Source of the DNA: a bacterium
GTDB taxonomy: Bacteria > SAR324 > NAC60-12
Length of the DNA stretch: 64,000 bases
NCBI GenBank assembly: GCA_965205865.1
Contig: CBDBHR010000030.1
Location: 480,001 to 544,000 of the forward strand
Direction: 5' to 3'
Made by a program: the position numbers and the translations under genes
Part shown: one piece after another, positions 63,615 through 64,000 of the stretch
Numbering within the stretch: the stretch's first letter is position 1
Layout of the letters: the number at the start of each line of letters is the position of its first letter
Notes under the pieces: generated by a model
Database searches by the model: none
Seen by the model: only the letters and a program-made list of their open reading frames with translations
Told to the model about the DNA's origin: nothing

Positions 63615-64000
63615 GATTTCTCCTTTATTATTCGTACGCGAAGATACGTGGATGATTATTACACTATTTACCGGATTGAGAGCATCAATCCATCTTACTA
63701 CCTCAGGCAAGCAGCGACGGCCCTTATGCCAGACTGCAGGAAAAGGAATTTCGCAAAAAATGAACTCGACCGCCGGCAGCTTTCAAAGACTATCATGCAA
63801 CAACAAGCTTGCAAACATGAAAGATTCATCCCGGTAAATTCGTATTATCGAGAATCCTTCTTTGTTTTACCTCGCGCCGGTCGATACCGGCCATATTTCT
63901 GAAAGAGCAAACATTTGCGAACAATTCGTGGTTCCCGTTTCAAAAGCGCTCCGAGTCCTGATTCAGGACGCGTCTTTCGCTTTTTTTTCGGCACGTTCCT

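Overview
Bacterial chromosomal window, probably from a deltaproteobacteria-like lineage such as SAR324 (inferred from gene style, not checked by search). The core genes are topA (partial), AmmeMemoRadiSam amrBAS, an LptF/G permease, a moeB-rhodanese fusion, a RidA-family gene, hpt, ilvC, rho-rpmE-prfA, a GspE/PilB ATPase, rbsK, ggt, frmA, mfd, ppk1, frdABCD, rlmH, lon, apt, ltaE, fdx, cyaY, lpxA, pheS, tRNA-Leu, tRNA-Phe and an O-antigen ligase. Three accessory patches interrupt them: ~2.2-15.1 kb (Rpn nuclease and fragments, a duplicated peptide ABC locus, IS66 remnant, amidohydrolase), ~21.3-23.7 kb (DUF262/DUF1524 nuclease and a collapsed hsdR) and ~33.2-36.9 kb (LLM oxidoreductase, TA-like pair, IS1380). 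The best leads are: (1) a transposase-less four-helix-bundle cassette between dppB and dppC, bounded by inverted 7-mer arrays and a duplication of the dppB 3' end; (2) an in-frame TGA at the conserved Cys of moeB followed by a SECIS-like hairpin; (3) an unrecognised ~70-nt structured motif with a poly-T tail, present four times, partly inside an IS66-derived element and in the leaders of both solute-binding genes.
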